A stretch of 64,000 nt of DNA. Origin: Mobula hypostoma (lineage: Eukaryota). The stretch covers positions 21,700,001 to 21,764,000 of the forward strand of contig NC_086108.1 of assembly GCF_963921235.1 (NCBI RefSeq). The letters are read 5' to 3'. The notes below the pieces were generated by a model, which saw only the letters and a program-made list of their open reading frames with translations, was not told the origin of the DNA and made no database searches. The translations under genes were made by a program, and so were the position numbers. Below are positions 1-14,058 of the stretch, piece by piece. The stretch's first letter is position 1; each line of letters begins with the position of its first letter.

Positions 1-164
1 GGAGGGAGCTGATGTTTTTCTTTGAACACGTTCCATGGTTTTCTTTGTTTCATAGCTGTCTGTGGAGAAGATGAATCTCAGGGTTGTACACTGCGTACAA
101 TAATAATAAATGTACTTTGAACTTGTGCTTCCAATTATTCAGGTAGTGGAATTTCATTTTTTTT

Positions 165-357
165 AGATTATGAGGACACTCAGTCCTCATTTATTGTCAT
201 TTAGAAATGCATGCATTAAAAAATAATACAATGTTCCTCCGGAATGATATCACGAGAAACACAGGACAAACCAAGACTAAAACTGACAAAACCACATAAT
301 TATAACATATAGTTACAACAGTGCAAAGCAATACCGTAATTTGATAAACAGCAGACC
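165..357 (-). mobile_element. 5'-truncated copy of the non-coding retroposon at 23649-24310
   Basis: Near-identical to 23660-23852 (gattatgaggacact...gcagacc). Confidence 0.8.
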
Positions 358-1061
358 AATTATCACAAATGCATGTCCTCTGGTTAACAATCATCCAAGT
401 AGTGTTTCTGTTTAAGTTAACTAGCTAAGAGGAAAGTTTTCACCACAGTGTGAACAACCAAACAGCTCAACTCATCTGTGGCTAAAGACAGGATGAATTA
501 TTAGTACTTACAAATGGATTGTTCTTCAAAGCTTCAAACATGTTACTGGAATCATTCAGCTCTTCAAACAGCAATGATTCTATAATTAACAAAAAATTGA
601 AATCATAAACCTGCACAGAGGTGGATTTTTGGCATATAATGCAAAATTCATTTTTATATTGATTTCAGTAGTAAAATAGAGAATGATCTGAATAATTAAA
701 GACTACTACCTCTTAAGTTGTAATGGTCTTAAATGCACTAAAATATCTCCTGTTTGGATTTTTGTATTCTTCAATTCTATTAGTTCCCCCAGATACCAAT
801 TTGAGAGTTCTAACAGCTGAAACCAATATTTCTCTCCTCTGTCCAATATCATAGTTGATTGAGGGGGCCTCATGATGGGGCAAACAGGCTGCATTCCCCA
901 CACCACAGTGGAGATCACACATCAAAAGCTCTTTATTGGCTGTGAAGTGTACCAGTTCATCAAACAGTTGTAAAAGAGGAGTGATACATGAAAAGTCTAC
1001 GTGAAAATAGCAGTTGCTTGACTATGAGATTTGGCTACACATACAAAATACTGCAGAACTC

Positions 1062-1185
1062 CAGGGTCTTGGCCCGAAACGTTGACTATTTTCTCTTTTC
1101 CATAGATGCTGCCTGCCTGCTGAGTTCCTCCAGCATTTGGTGCATGGCTTGGATTTTCAGCATCTACAGACTTTCTCCTGTTTAT
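1062..1185 (+). mobile_element. Penelope 3'-end-derived short repeat
   Basis: ggcccgaaacgttgact...gatgctgcctgcctgctgagttcctccagc matches the 3' end of the Penelope element at 18377-18480. Confidence 0.75.
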
Positions 1186-1265
1186 GAGACTTGGCTAATG
1201 CTTATTGATGCATAAAACACGTTGCTGTTATTTTTTTTAATTTCCGTAATTTACTTGAAGCTCAC

Positions 1266-1331
1266 TATTCTTTGGTGTTAACAATCAGCTCTCTCAGTAA
1301 TGCAGGGTATTGATGGTTGGAGATGAAAAGC
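1266..1331 (-). CDS. Candidate internal exon (LFISNHQYPALLRELIVNTKE)
   Basis: Acceptor tttctgccaacag, donor gtgagc, 66 nt, one open frame, unique sequence. No homology recognised. Confidence 0.3.
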
Positions 1332-1397
1332 CTGTTGGCAGAAATTATTATACTAGAACAACTACTACTTGGCAAAGAGACCTTTTTCCAATCATAC

Positions 1398-2316
1398 ATC
1401 AGCTCAGCATTCATTACCATCATCCCTTCAAAACTCATGAATAAATTCCTAAACCTTAGCCACAATACCTCCTGTGCAATTGGATCTTTGATTTCCTCAC
1501 TTGCAGCTCCCAGTCAGTTCAGATTGGTAACATCGTCTCCTCGATCACCAGTAGCACACGTGCACCACAGGGCTGTGTGCTTAGCCCCCTGCTCAACTCG
1601 CTTTACACTTATGACTATGTGGCTAATGCCAAATTCAAATTTGTTGAAAACACTACTGCCATAAACTGAATCAAAGGTTGTGACGCATCAGCATATAGGA
1701 GGAAGAATGAAAATCTAGCTAGGTGGTGCCATAACAACAACCTCTTACTCAATGTCAGCAAGACTAAAGAGCTGGTTACTGACTTCAGAAGAAGGGAGCC
1801 AACGGTCCATGAGCCAGTCTTCATCGGAAGACCAGAGGTGGAAAGGGTCAGCAACTTTAAATTCCTCAGTATTATCATTTCGGAGGTCCTGTCCTGGGCC
1901 CAGCACATTAGTGCAATTATGAAGAAAGCACAGCAGCACCTTTCCTTCCTCAGGAGTTTGCAAAGATTTGGCATGACATCTAAACTTTTGACAAACTACT
2001 ATAGATGTATAGTAGAGAGTATACTGACTGGCTGCATCACATCCTAGTGTGGAAACACCAATTCCTTTGAATGGAAAATTCTACAAAAAGTAGTGGATAC
2101 ACCCAGTCCAGCATGTGTGAAGCCCTCCCCACCTCCGAACACATCTACATGAAACACTATCTCAGGAAAGCAGCTTCCATCATCAGGCACCTCCACCAGC
2201 CAGGTTATGCTCTCTTCTCCCTGCTGCCATCAGGACGAAGGTAAAGAATTCACACCACAAGGTTCAGAAATAGCAACCATCAGGCTCTTGAACTAAAGGG
2301 GACATCTCCACTCCAT
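1398..2316 (+). mobile_element. Rex1/Babar-like LINE, decayed RT C-terminal part (3' UTR resumes at about 7015-7310)
   Basis: SSAF.TIIP.KL, ERVSNFKFL, KKAQQHLSFLRSLQRFG and YRCIVESILTGCIT motifs, with stops and frameshifts. Confidence 0.8.
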
Positions 2317-2317
2317 G

Positions 2318-5300
2318 AGACTATAAGATACAGGAGCAGAATTAGGCCATTCAGCTCATCAAGTCTGCTCCGCCATTCCATCATGGTAGATCCCGGATCC
2401 CACTCAACCCCGTACACCTGCTTCTCACCATATCCTTTGATACCCTGACCAATCAGGAAACAATCAACTTCCACCATAAATATACCCACAGACTTGACCT
2501 CCACCACAGTCTGTGGCAGAGCATTTCACAGATTCACAACTCTCTGGCTAAAAAAAATTCCTCCTTACCTCTGTTCTAAGAGGTCACCCTTCAATTCTAA
2601 GACTGTGCCCTCTAGTTCTGGATATTCCCACCAGAGGAAACATCCTCTCCAAAGCCACCCTATCTAGTCTTTTCAATATTCAGTAGGTTTCAATGAGATT
2701 CCCTCCGCATTCTTCTAAATTCCAGTGAGTACAGGCCCAAAGTTCCTCATATGTTAAGCCCTTCATTCCTGGAATCATCCTCAAGAACCTCCTCTGGACT
2801 CTCCAATGACAACACATCCTTTCTGCGATATCGGGCCCAAAACTGTTGATAACACTCCAAGTGCAGCCTGACTAGTGTCTTATAAAGCCTTAGCGTTATA
2901 TCCTTCTTTTTATATTCCATTCTCATTTAAATAAATACCAACATTGCATTTGCCTTCTTTACCATGGGCTCTACCTGTAAGTTAACCTTCTGGAAGTCTT
3001 GCACGAGAATCCTAGGTCCCTCTGCACATCTGATCCCTATGCACTATTGTTCCTTTTACCAAGATGCATCATCATACATTTCCCAACACTGTATTCCATC
3101 TGCCACTTTTTTGCCTATTCTTCCAACTTGTTTAAGTCCTGCTACAATCACGTTGCTTCCTCAGCACTACCTACCCCTCCACCTATCTTTGTATCATCTG
3201 CAAACTTTGCCACAAAGCCATCAATTCCATTATCTAAATCATTGACAAACAATGTGAAAAGTAGTGGTCCTAATACCGACCCCTGAGGAACACCACTAGT
3301 CACCAGCAGCCAACCAGAAAAAGCCCCTTTTATTCCCACTTGCTGGCTCCTGCCTGTCAGCCATTCCTCTATCCATACCAGTATCTTCCCTGTAGCACCA
3401 CAGGATTTTATCTTGTTAAGCAGCCTCATGTGTGGCACTGTATCAAATGCCTTCTGAAAATCCAAGTAAATGTCATCCACTGCCTCTCCTTTGTCCATCC
3501 TGCTTGTTACTTCCTCGAAAAACTCCAACAGATTTGTCAGGCAAGATTTTCCTTTACACAAATCCACAGCAGACTAAAATGCTTGAGCATATGGATATTA
3601 AGAAAGAGGATGTGCTGGAGCTTTTGAAAAGCATTAAGTTAGATAAGTCGCCAGGATCAGACGAGATATACCACAGGTTACCTTAGGAAGTGAGGAAGGA
3701 GACTGCTGATGATGATCGTTGTTTCATCAATAGGGACGGGAGAAGTACTGGAGAATTGAAGGGTTGCAAATGTCATTCCCTTGTTCAAGAAAGGGAGTAG
3801 GGATAACCCAGGAAATTATATACCTGTTAGTCTTACTTCAGTGGTAGGCAAGTTATTGGAGAAGATCCTGAGAGGTAGGATCTATGAGTATTAAGATAGA
3901 CATAATCTGATTAGGGATAGTCAGCATGGCTTTGTCAAGGGCAGGTCATGTCTTACAAGCCTGAATGAATTCTTTGAGGATGTAACAAAACACATTGATG
4001 AAGATAAAGCAGTGGCTGTGCTGTATATGAATTTCAGTAAGGCAATTGATAAGGTTCCCCATACAAAGCTCATTCAGAAAGTAATGAGGCATGGAATCAA
4101 AGGAAACCTTGCTTTGTGGATCCAGAATTGGCTTGTCCACAGAAGGCCAAGAGCGGCTGTAGATGGTTCATATTCTGCATGAAGGTCGATGACCAGTGAT
4201 GTTCCACAGGGATCTGTTCTGGGACCCCTCCTCTTTGTGATTATTATAAATGACCTGGATGAAGTAGTAGAAGGGTGGGTTTGCTGATGACACAATGGTT
4301 GCTGATGACACAATGGTTGGGGGTGTTGTGGATAGTCTAGAGGGGTGTCAGAAGTTACAGTGGGGCATCGATAGAATGCAGAACTGGACTGAGAAGTGGC
4401 AGATGGTGTTCCACCCAGACAAGGGTGAAGGGGTTCATTCTGGTAGGTCAAATTTTAAGACAGAATATAATATTAATGGTTAGACTCTTGTCAGTGCAGA
4501 GGATCAGAGAAATCTGTCTTGGGGTTCATGTTCATAGGAGACTCAAAGCTGCTGCACAGGTTGACAGTGTTGTTAAGAAGGTGTATGGTGTGTTGGCCTT
4601 CATCAACTGTGGGATAGAGTTCAAGAGATGTGAGGTAATGTTACAACTGTATAGGACTTTAGTTAGACCCCACTTGGAGTAGTGTGTTCAGTTCTGGTCA
4701 CCTCCCCACAGGAAGGATGTGGATATTATAGAGAGAGTGCAGAGGAGATTTACAAGGATGTTGCCTAGATTGGAGGGGATGCCTTATGAAAATAGGCTGA
4801 GTGAACTTGGCCTTTTTTCCTTGGAGCAACGGAGGATGAGAGGTGACTTGATAGAAGTGTATAACGTGATGAGAAGCATTGATCGTGTGGATAGCCAGAG
4901 GTTTTTTCCCCCAGGGCTGAAGTGGCTAATACAAGGGGGCATAGTTTTAAGGTGCTTAGAAGTAGGTACACAGGGCAGGTCAGGGGTAAGTTTTTCCACA
5001 TACAGAGTGGTGGTGCATGGAATGCACTGCCAGCAATGGTGGTGGAGGCGTATCCAATGGGGTCTTTTAAGAGACTCTTAGACAGGTACATGGAGCTTAG
5101 AAAAATAGAGGGTCATGCAGTAGGGAAATTTAGGCAGTTTCTAGAGTAGGTTACATGGTTGGCACGACATTGTGGGCCGAAGGGCCTGTAATGTGCTGTA
5201 GATATCTATGTTCTATATTCTAGAAGCCATGTTGACTTATTTTATCATTAGTTTCCAAGTACCTTGAAACATTATCCTTAATAATAGACTCCCACACTTT

Positions 5301-7010
5301 CCCCAACCACTGAGGTTAGCCTAACTGGCCTATGATTTCTTTTCTTTTGCCTTCCTCCCTTCTTAAAGAGTGGAGTGACACTGGCAATCTTCCAGTCCTC
5401 CGGGACTATTGGAGATTCAAGTGATTCTTGAAAGATCATGATTAACGCATCTGTTATCTCTTCAGCAACCTCTCTCAGGACTCTGGGATGTAATCCACTT
5501 AGCCCAGGTGACTTATCCACCTTAAGACCTTTCAGTTTGCCGAGCACATTTTCCTTAGTAATAGCAATGGCACTCTCTCCTGCTCCCTGACACTCAAAGA
5601 CCACTGGCGCATCGCTAGTGTCTTCCACAGTGAAGACTCAGGCAAAGTCAATTGAGTTCATTTGCCATTTCTTTGTCCCCCATTACTACCTCACCAGCGT
5701 CATTTTCCAGTGGTCCAATATCAACTATCACCTCCCTTTTACTCTTTATATAACTGAAAAAACTTTTGGTATCCTGCTTTATATTATTGGTTAGTTTCTC
5801 CTCATATTTAATCTTTTCCCTTCTTATCGCCATTTTAGTTGCCTTTTGTTGGATTTTAAAAGCTTCCCAATCAGCCAACTTCCCACTCACTTTTGCTACC
5901 TTATATACCCTTTCCTTGGCTTTTATGCAGTCCTTAACTTCCCTTGTCAACCACAGTGGCCTGCCCCTGACATTTGACAACAATTTCTTCTGTGGGACAT
6001 ATCTATCCTGCGTCCTGTGAACTATTCACAGAAACTTCAGCCATCTCTGCTCTGTCATCTTGCCGGCCAGTATCCTCCTCCAATCAACCTGGGCAAGCTC
6101 CTTTCTCATGCCTCTGTAATTCCCTTTATTCCATTGCAGTACTTGTGACTTATGCTTCTCCCTCTCAAATTGCAAAACGAATTCAATCATATTATGATCA
6201 TTGCCTCCTAAGGGTTCCTTTACGTTAAGCTCAATAATAAGATCTGGGCTATTACACAACACCCAATCTAAGATAGCCTTTCCCTGAGTAGGCTGAGGCA
6301 CAAGCTGCTCTAAAGACATCTCATAGACATACAACAAATTCCCTCTCTCGTGATCTGACACCAACCAGAATTTCCCAATCCCCATGCATATTGAAATTCC
6401 CCATTATACTTGTGTCATGACCCTTATTACATGCCTTTTCCAGCACCCTTTGCAATCTTAACCTCAAATCTTCACTACTATTTGGGGGTCTATATATGAT
6501 TCCCATAATGGTTTTTTTTTATGCTTGCAGTTTCTTAACTCTACTCACAAAGATTCAACATTCTCTGACCTCATGCCACCTCTTTCTCAAGATGTAATTC
6601 CATCTCTTACTAACAGAGCCACACCACCGCCTATGCCTTCCTGACTGTCCTTTCAATACAAAGCATATCCTTTGATGTTAAGCTCCTAACTATGGCCTTC
6701 TATCAGCCACAACTCAGTGATGCCCACAACATCATACCGACCAACTTCTAAATGCATCACATGTTCGTCCTCCTTATTTCCAATGCTACGTGCATTTAAA
6801 TAGAGCACTTTCAGTCCTGCATTCTTCGCCCTTTTGAATTCAGCTCTGTGGTACAATGTAAGTCTCCCACTCTGTCTGCATTTGTACCCAATCATTGGTT
6901 TATCCTTCCTTACATGATGTTACATCCATCATCTACTAGTTAACCTGCTGGCTCATCCTCAGCTCTATCACACTGGTTCCCATCCCCCTGCCATATTTAA
7001 ACCCCTCAAC
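2318..7010 (-). mobile_element. CR1 LINE (endonuclease to 3' tail), decayed, interrupted by an opposite-strand CR1
   Basis: ORF2 fragments LYLNARSI, IYRPPNS, VPEDWKIA, YLDFQKAFD, GVPQGSVLGP and KFADDTK. The two halves rejoin across 3560/5223 (caagattttcctttaca|gaagccatg). Confidence 0.9.
3561..5222 (+). mobile_element. 5'-truncated CR1 LINE of a second subfamily, nested
   Basis: DKSPG, VPQGSVLGP, ADDT, LYRTLVRPHLE and ERVQRRFTRM motifs; (TTCTA)-like tail at about 5205-5222. Confidence 0.9.
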
Positions 7011-7921
7011 TTCCCTTGGCCCCTCATTGATTATTTTCCACAACCAATAGACTCACTTTGAAGGATTCTTCATCTCATGTTCTTGATATTTACTGCTTAT
7101 TTATTATTATTTCTTTCTTTTTGTATTTGCGCAGTTTGTCGTCTTTTGCACATCAGTTGAATTCCCAAGTTGGTGTGGTCTTTCATTGATTCTGTTACGG
7201 TTAATAATCTATGAATCTATTGAGTATGTCCTCAAGAAAATGAATCTCAGGGTTGTATATGATGACACAGATGTTCTTTTGATAGCAAGTTTACTTTGAA
7301 CTTTGAACATTAATAACACTGCTGTTCAATATCTATCCAATACCTCACAATTTCCAATTCCAACCAATGAAAACATCACCTTAGAATTACGTGGGATGTT
7401 CAATTTACTTGGAATGTACTTACAAAGAACTACATCCGAAAATACTATTTTGTTTTGGATAAGGAAGACATTATGAAGGACAGACGTCATGAATTCTGTG
7501 CTTGGGTTCAAATAATCACAAATGTTTTGACGATACATTAACAGAAAAGAGTTAAAAATTGAAGAACTTCCAAAAACAGTTAATACCCTGTGCTAAGCTA
7601 CAGCATTTGTAAATAAATATCTAAGGAATAGCTTCCTGATACACTACCACTGTTTTGTGTGAAAAATGGTACCTGCATTGCTCACATCTGTCAGTACTAC
7701 AGGCAGCATAGTGTAGGGAGACAATAAAAAATCATTATCTTTTCAGTTAGCATCATTTTCTTACTCAATGCTCAAAATCATTCCTCAGTTTGGGCAGTAA
7801 CCAAATGCTTATTGTTTCAGCTCATTTGGTGCTCATGTGGTTGAACATGCTGAAAATGATGAGACATGAGCACCCACTGCTGGAATAGGAGGGAAGAATC
7901 TGCAGCAACTGAAATGGTAAG

Positions 7922-9470
7922 GAAGAGAGGGAGAGTGTGTGGGAGAAAGGGGGTGAAGGAGAGGGGGCGTGTGGGAGAAAGGGGTGAAAGAGAAGGGGTG
8001 TGTGGGAGAAAGGTTGGTGAAAAAGAGTAGGGGTGTGTGGGAGAAAGGGGGTGAAAGAGAGGGGGGATGTGGGAGAAAGGGGAGTGTGTGTAGTAGGGGG
8101 TGGATGTGTGTATGGGAGAGAGAGGGGGTTTGTGGGACAGTGGGGGTTGTGGGAGCGAGCGGGGCTGTGGGAGGGTGGGAGGTGTTGTGGGAGGGAGGGA
8201 GAGGGAGTTTGTGGAACAGCGGGGGTTGTGGGAGGGTGGAGGTGTTGGTAGGAGGGAGGGAGAATGGGTTTGAGGGACAGAGGGGTGTTTGTGGGAGGGG
8301 AAGTGTTTGTGGGGGGGTTGTGGGAGAGATGGGGTGTGTGGGGGTGTGTGTTGTGGTAGAGGGGTGTTGTGGGAGGGTGAGGGGTTGTGGGAGAGAAAGG
8401 GAGGGGGTTGTGGGAGAGAGAGGGAGGGGTTGTGGGAGAGGGAGAGGTTGTGGGAGAGGAGGGGGTTTGTGGGAGAGAGAGGGGAGTTTGTGGGAGAGAG
8501 GGGGGAGTTTGTGGGAGAGAGGGGGGAGTTTGTGGGAGAGAGGGGGGAGTTTGTGGGAGAGAGGGGGTTTGTGGGAGAGAGGGGGTTTGTGGGAGAGAGG
8601 GGGTTTGTGGGAGAGGAAGGGGTTGTGGGAGAGGAGGGAGAGGGGGTTTGTGGGAGAGAGAGGGAGGGGGTTTGAGGGAGCGAGGGGTGTTTGTGGGAGA
8701 TGGGAGGGTGATGTTGGAGGGGGGATGTGGGAGGGGGGTTGTGGGAGGGGGGGTTGTGGGAGAGGGCATTGTGGGAGAGGGCATTGTGGGAGAGATAGGG
8801 TGTGTGTGGAGGAGAGTGTTGTGTTAGAGGGGTGTTGTGGGAGAGAGAGGGAGGTCTGTGGGAGAGAGAGGGAGGTCTGTGGGAGAGAGAGGGAGGTCTG
8901 TGGGAGAGAGAGGGTTGGTGTGTGTGTGTGGGATAGAAAGGGTTGTTGTGTGTGCCGGAGAGAGGGGGTTTGTGGGACAGTGGGGGTTGTGGGAGCGAGC
9001 GGGAGCTGTGGGAGGGTAGGGGGGTATTGTGGGAGTGAGGAAGAGGGGTTTTGTGGGAGATGGGAGGGTAATGTGGGAGAGGGGTAATCTGGGAGGGGGG
9101 TTGTGGTGAGGAGGTTGTGAGAGAGGGGATTTGTGGGAGAGAGGAGATCTGTGGGAGAGAGGGGGGTTTTGTAGGAGGGAGGGGTTTTGTGGGAGAGGAG
9201 GTGTGGGAGAGGAGGTGTGGGTGTGGGAGTGGCGGGTGTGTGTGGGGATGGCGTATGGGTGGAAGGGGGAGGGGTCGGAAGGGGACGGGTCAGAGGGGGA
9301 GGGGTCAGAGAGGTTGTCTGTGTGTGAGAGAGAGGGCGGATATGTGTGGGGTTGGTGAGCGGGTGAGTGGGGGGTAGAAGAGGGGGAGTGGAAGAGGGGG
9401 GAGTGGAAAGGGGTATGGGAGAGTTGAGGGTGGTAAGAGGCAAGGGGTGGGGCGTGGTAAGATGGGAGAA
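7922..9470 (+). repeat. G/purine-rich minisatellite built on TTGTGGGAGAGAGGGGG-like 15-20 nt units
   Basis: Dozens of GTGGGAG cores, with near-perfect 19- and 17-mers at 8460-8610. The plus strand has very few C. Confidence 0.95.
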
Positions 9471-9635
9471 GTGTATCCATAAATGCAAATACCTTGGATC
9501 CTTCCTAGTATCAAACTGGGAGGTCCAGAAATGGGCATGTGGCTCAAGATAGCAGTGGAGATATGTACCCTGGGACTAAGTGAGCATGTGATCGATAAAC
9601 AGAAGAGATGCAGAGATCACAGAAGGGGAACCGTA

Positions 9636-10860
9636 AAGTTCAAAATTAAGTAATTTTATTATCAAAGTACATATTTGTCACTGTACACTACCCCGAGATT
9701 CATTTTCTTGTGGGCATTCACAGTAAACACAAAGAAACGCGATAGAATCAATGAAAACTGCATATAAAGACAGACAAATAACTAATGTGCAAAAGAAGAC
9801 AAACTGTGCAAATTTTAAAAAAGAAAATTAATAATAATAAGTAATAGATGTTGAGAACACTAGTTGTAGATTGTTTGAAAATGAGACCACAGATTGTGGA
9901 AACAGTTCAGTATCGAGGAGAATAAAGTTATCCGCTCTGGTTCCAGAGCCTGATGGTTAAGTGGTAATAACTGTTTCTGAAAGTGGTGGTGTAGAGCCCA
10001 AGGCTTTTGTACCTCCTTCCTGATGCGGTAGTGAGAAGAGAGCATGGCCTGGATGGTGAGGGTCATCCATGATGGATGCCACTTTCCTGCGACAGCACTC
10101 CTTGATATGCTCAATAGTGGGGAGAGCTTTAGCTGTGATGGACTGGGTTGTATCCACTACTTTTCGTAGACTGTTCCATTCAAAGGCATTGATATTTCCA
10201 TACCAGGCCGTGATGCAGCCCGTCAAGATACTTTCCATTACGTATCTATCTAAGTTTGGCAAAGTTTTAGATGATGTGCCAAATCTTCGCAAACTTCTAA
10301 GAAAGTAGAGACGTTATTGTGCCTTCTTTATAATGGCACTTCTCTGCTGGATTCTGGACAGATCCTCTGAAATGATAACGTAGAGCAATTTCAAGCTACT
10401 GGCCATCTCCACACCTCTGACCCCTTGATGTGGACCGGCTCTTGGACTCCCGGTTTCCTTTTCATGTAGTCAATACCCAACTCTTTGGTTTTGCTCACAT
10501 TGTGTGAGAGGTTGTTGTTCTGGCACCATTCAACCAGATTTTCAATCTCCCTGCTGTATGCTTATTCATCACCATCGATGATGCAGCCAACGACAGTAGT
10601 GTCGTTTCAGCAAACTTCAATATGGCATTGGAGCTGTACTTAGCCACACAATCATAGGTACAAAGCAAGTAGTGCAGTAAGACAAGTGCACAGCCTTGTG
10701 TTGCCTGGCATTTGTGGAGGAGATGACAAGTGAGGATCCAGTTGTACAAGGAGGTATGGTGGCCAAGATCAAGGAGCTTATTGATTAGTTTTGAGGGGAT
10801 GATGGCCTTGAATGCAGAGCTATAGCCAATCAAGAACATCCTGATGTATGCACCCTCACA
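9636..10860 (-). mobile_element. Rex1/Babar-like LINE fragment with 3' UTR
   Basis: SSAFKAIIPSKL, MESILTGCITAWYG and DPHHPGHALFSL motifs; ataaaa...ttgaactt tail. Confidence 0.8.
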
Positions 10861-11271
10861 GTCCAGATGTTGACGCTGAAGAGGCTTCACAGTGGGGCAG
10901 CAAAATGGAGACACAAGAAATATCTGAGTGCAGCTGCTATTTCCTATTAATTTTCATTTTTGCCAGAACTTCAACAGAGTAAAACATCTTTAAGTCCCTT
11001 ATGCAACAGTATATTAAAATATAACTGGCCCAAAACATCGACTGTAAGTTAAATTCCATGGATGCTGGGCTCCTCCAGCATTTTGAGTGTGTTGCTTTGG
11101 ATTCCCATCAGAATTTTTAGTGTTTATAACATGGGGGTGGGGTTGGTGATTGGGAAGGCAGAAATAAATGAAAAGTTAAGACCTGCGTCGATCTGGATTA
11201 CAGCAAAGTGAAAGGCAGCAGAAATCAAAGTCACCTGAGGGATAATGATAGAATTTAAAATCAAAGGTTTT

Positions 11272-13232
11272 AGACTATAAAACCATAAGGCATAGGAGCA
11301 GAATTAGGCCATCTGGCCCATCGAGTCTACTCCACCATTCAATCATGGCTGATCCTTTTTTTTCCTCCTTCTCCTCAATCCCAGTTCCCAGCCTCCTCCC
11401 CGTAACCTTTGATGCCATGTCCAATCAAGAACCTATCAACCTCTGCCTTAAATACACCCAACCACCTGGCCTCCACAGCTGCACATGGCAACAAATTTCA
11501 CAAATTCACCACCCTTTGGCTAAAGAAATTTCTCTGCATCTCTGTTTTGAAGGGGCGCTCCTCTATCCTGAAGCTATGCCCTCTTGTCCTAGACTCTCCC
11601 ACCGTGGGAAACATCCTTTCCACATCTACTTTGTCTAGGCCTTTCAACATTCAAAAGGTTTCAATGAGATCCCCCACCCGCCCCATCCTTCTGAATTCCA
11701 GAGCCATTAAATGTTCTTCATAACCCTTTCATTCCTGGAATCATCCCTGTGAACATCCTCTGTACCCTCTCCAATGCCAGCATATCTTTTCTAAGATGAG
11801 GGGCCCAAAACTGTTCACAATACTCAAGGTGAGGCTTCACCAGTGTCTTATAAAGCCTCAGCATCACATCCTTGCTCTTGTATTCTAAATCTCTTGAAAT
11901 AAATACTAACATGACATTTGCCTTCCTCACCACTGACTCAACCTGCAAGTTAACCTTCAGGGTGTTCTGCACAAGGACTCCCAAGTCCCTCTGCATCTCA
12001 GATTACTGAATTTTCTCTCCATTTAGAAAATAGTCTGCACATTTATTTTTACTACCAAAGTGCATGACCATGCATTTTCCAACATTGTATTTCATTTGCC
12101 ACTTTATTGCCCATTCTCCTAATCTGTCTAAGTCCTTCTGCAGCCTGCCTGTTTCCTCTACACTTCCTGCCCCTCCACCAATCTTCGTATCATTTGCAAA
12201 CTTGGCAACAAAGCCACCTATTCCATCATCTAAATCATTTATATATAAAAGGAATTGATCCCAACACCGACCCCTGTGGAACACCACTAGTCACTGGCAG
12301 CCAACCAGAAAAGGATCCTTTGATTCCCACTTGCTGCCTCCTACCAATCAGCCAATGATCTAACCATGTTAGTAACTTTCCTGTAATACCATGGGCTCTT
12401 AACTTGGTAAGCAGCATCATATGTGGCACCTTGTCATAGGCCTTCTGAAAGTCCAAATATGCAACATCCACTGCATCCCCTTTATCTATCCTACTTGTAA
12501 TCTCCTCAAAGAATTCCAACAGATTCCTCAGGCAAGATTTTCCCTGAAGGAAACCATGCTGATTTTGTACTATCTTGTCCTGTGTCACCAAGTACTCCAT
12601 CACCTCATCCTTAAAAATTGACTCCAACATCTTCCCAACCACTGAGGTCAGGCTAACTGGTCTATAATTTCCTTTCTGCTGCCTTCCTCCTTTCTTAAAG
12701 AGTGGAGTGACATTTGCAATTTTCCAGTCCTCTGACACCATGCCAGAGTCCAGTAATTTCTGAAAGATCATTTCTACTGTCACGACAATCTCTAACGCTA
12801 TCTCTTCCAGAACCCTAGGACGCAGTTCATCTGGTCCAGGTGACTTATGTACCTTTAGGTCTTTAAGCTTTTTCAGCACCTTCTCTCTTGTAACTGCACC
12901 CACTTCTCTTCCTTCACACACTACAACATCAGGCATACTGCTAGTGTCCTCCACAGTGAAGACTAATACAAAATGCTCATTTAGTTTGTCAGCCATCTCC
13001 TTGTCCCCCATTATTATTTCTCCTGCCTCATTTTGTAGCGTCCTATATCCTCTCTCATTTCTCTTATATTTTTAAATACTTGAAAAAAGTTTTACCATCC
13101 ACTTTGATATTATTTGCTAGCTTGCTTTCATATTTCATTTTTTCCCTTCTAATGATTTTTTTAGTTACTCTGTGTAGGTTTTTAAAAACTTCCCAATCCT
13201 CTATCTTCTCACTAATTTTTGCTTTGTTGTTT
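11272..13232 (-). mobile_element. 5'-truncated CR1 LINE
   Basis: 258-aa ORF (DWKIANVTPLFKKG, NYRPVSLTS, YLDFQKAYD, GVPQGSVLG) plus downstream frameshifted RT pieces and CR1 3' UTR. Confidence 0.92.
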
Positions 13233-13804
13233 CAGACAAAGAACACAGGGTATTAGCAAAAACACTGATAGTGCTTGATGAGAAAATGGGAGCACTGGTT
13301 ACAATGTGAAATTGCTGAACTGAATGTCACGACAAGAATGCTGCCACAGTGCTAGATCAACGGAAGTGTTTTTGTGGAGGTGGAGAAAATGTATATGAGA
13401 TCAAAATGAGATGCGGTCAGGCGGTTGAAGTGACAAGCAACTGGAAGTTCAAGGTCACATTGCAGACTAAGAGAAGCATTGGGAAAGGCATCCCATTCAC
13501 ATCATTCATAAAGTGACAACTTTACAATCACCAAATGCAGAATAACAACTGAAATAAAGTGCTGTTTTTTTGGAAAGGAATGTTTGGGGCCCTGGATTGC
13601 AGGAAGGGACATGCAGAAACAATGGTGCTCATTTCCTGTGTTTATTTGAGAAGGAGAGAACTTTATACAATAACAATGGATTGCAGAGGAAACTGTCTAA
13701 TTAAAATGTTGAAACCGTCTGGAAAGAGAAGGGTTGTGTTGGTGGTTGCAGTACTTTGGAGATGAGGGAAGCTAAACCACTGAATATGGAGGCTCACAGA
13801 TGGA

Positions 13805-14058
13805 TAGCAACACAGAGTGTAGCGATTAGCATAACACTATTACAGCGCCAACAACCCAAGTTCAATTCTGCCACTATCTGAAAGGAATTTGTACTTTCTC
13901 CTCCAGACTACATCGATTTCCTCCAGGTACTCTGGTTTCCTCCCATATTCGCACCAGTTAGTAAGTTAATTAGTCACATGTGTGTAATTGGGTAGCGTGT
14001 GATCCTTGGGCCAAGGGCCTGATACCATACTGTATCTCTAAATAAAATAAATGAATAA
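13805..14058 (+). mobile_element. V-SINE (HE1-like), decayed
   Basis: tRNA-like head with gttcaatt B-box remnant, V-domain-like tttcctccaggtactctggtttcctccca, and an (AATA)n tail. Confidence 0.7.

Noticed and set aside
7822..9488. Long ORFs of 320, 372 and 551 aa (Pro/Ser/His-rich or Gly/Arg/Cys-rich)
   Set aside because: Open in several frames on both strands because the G-rich satellite rarely forms stop codons. No domain signal.
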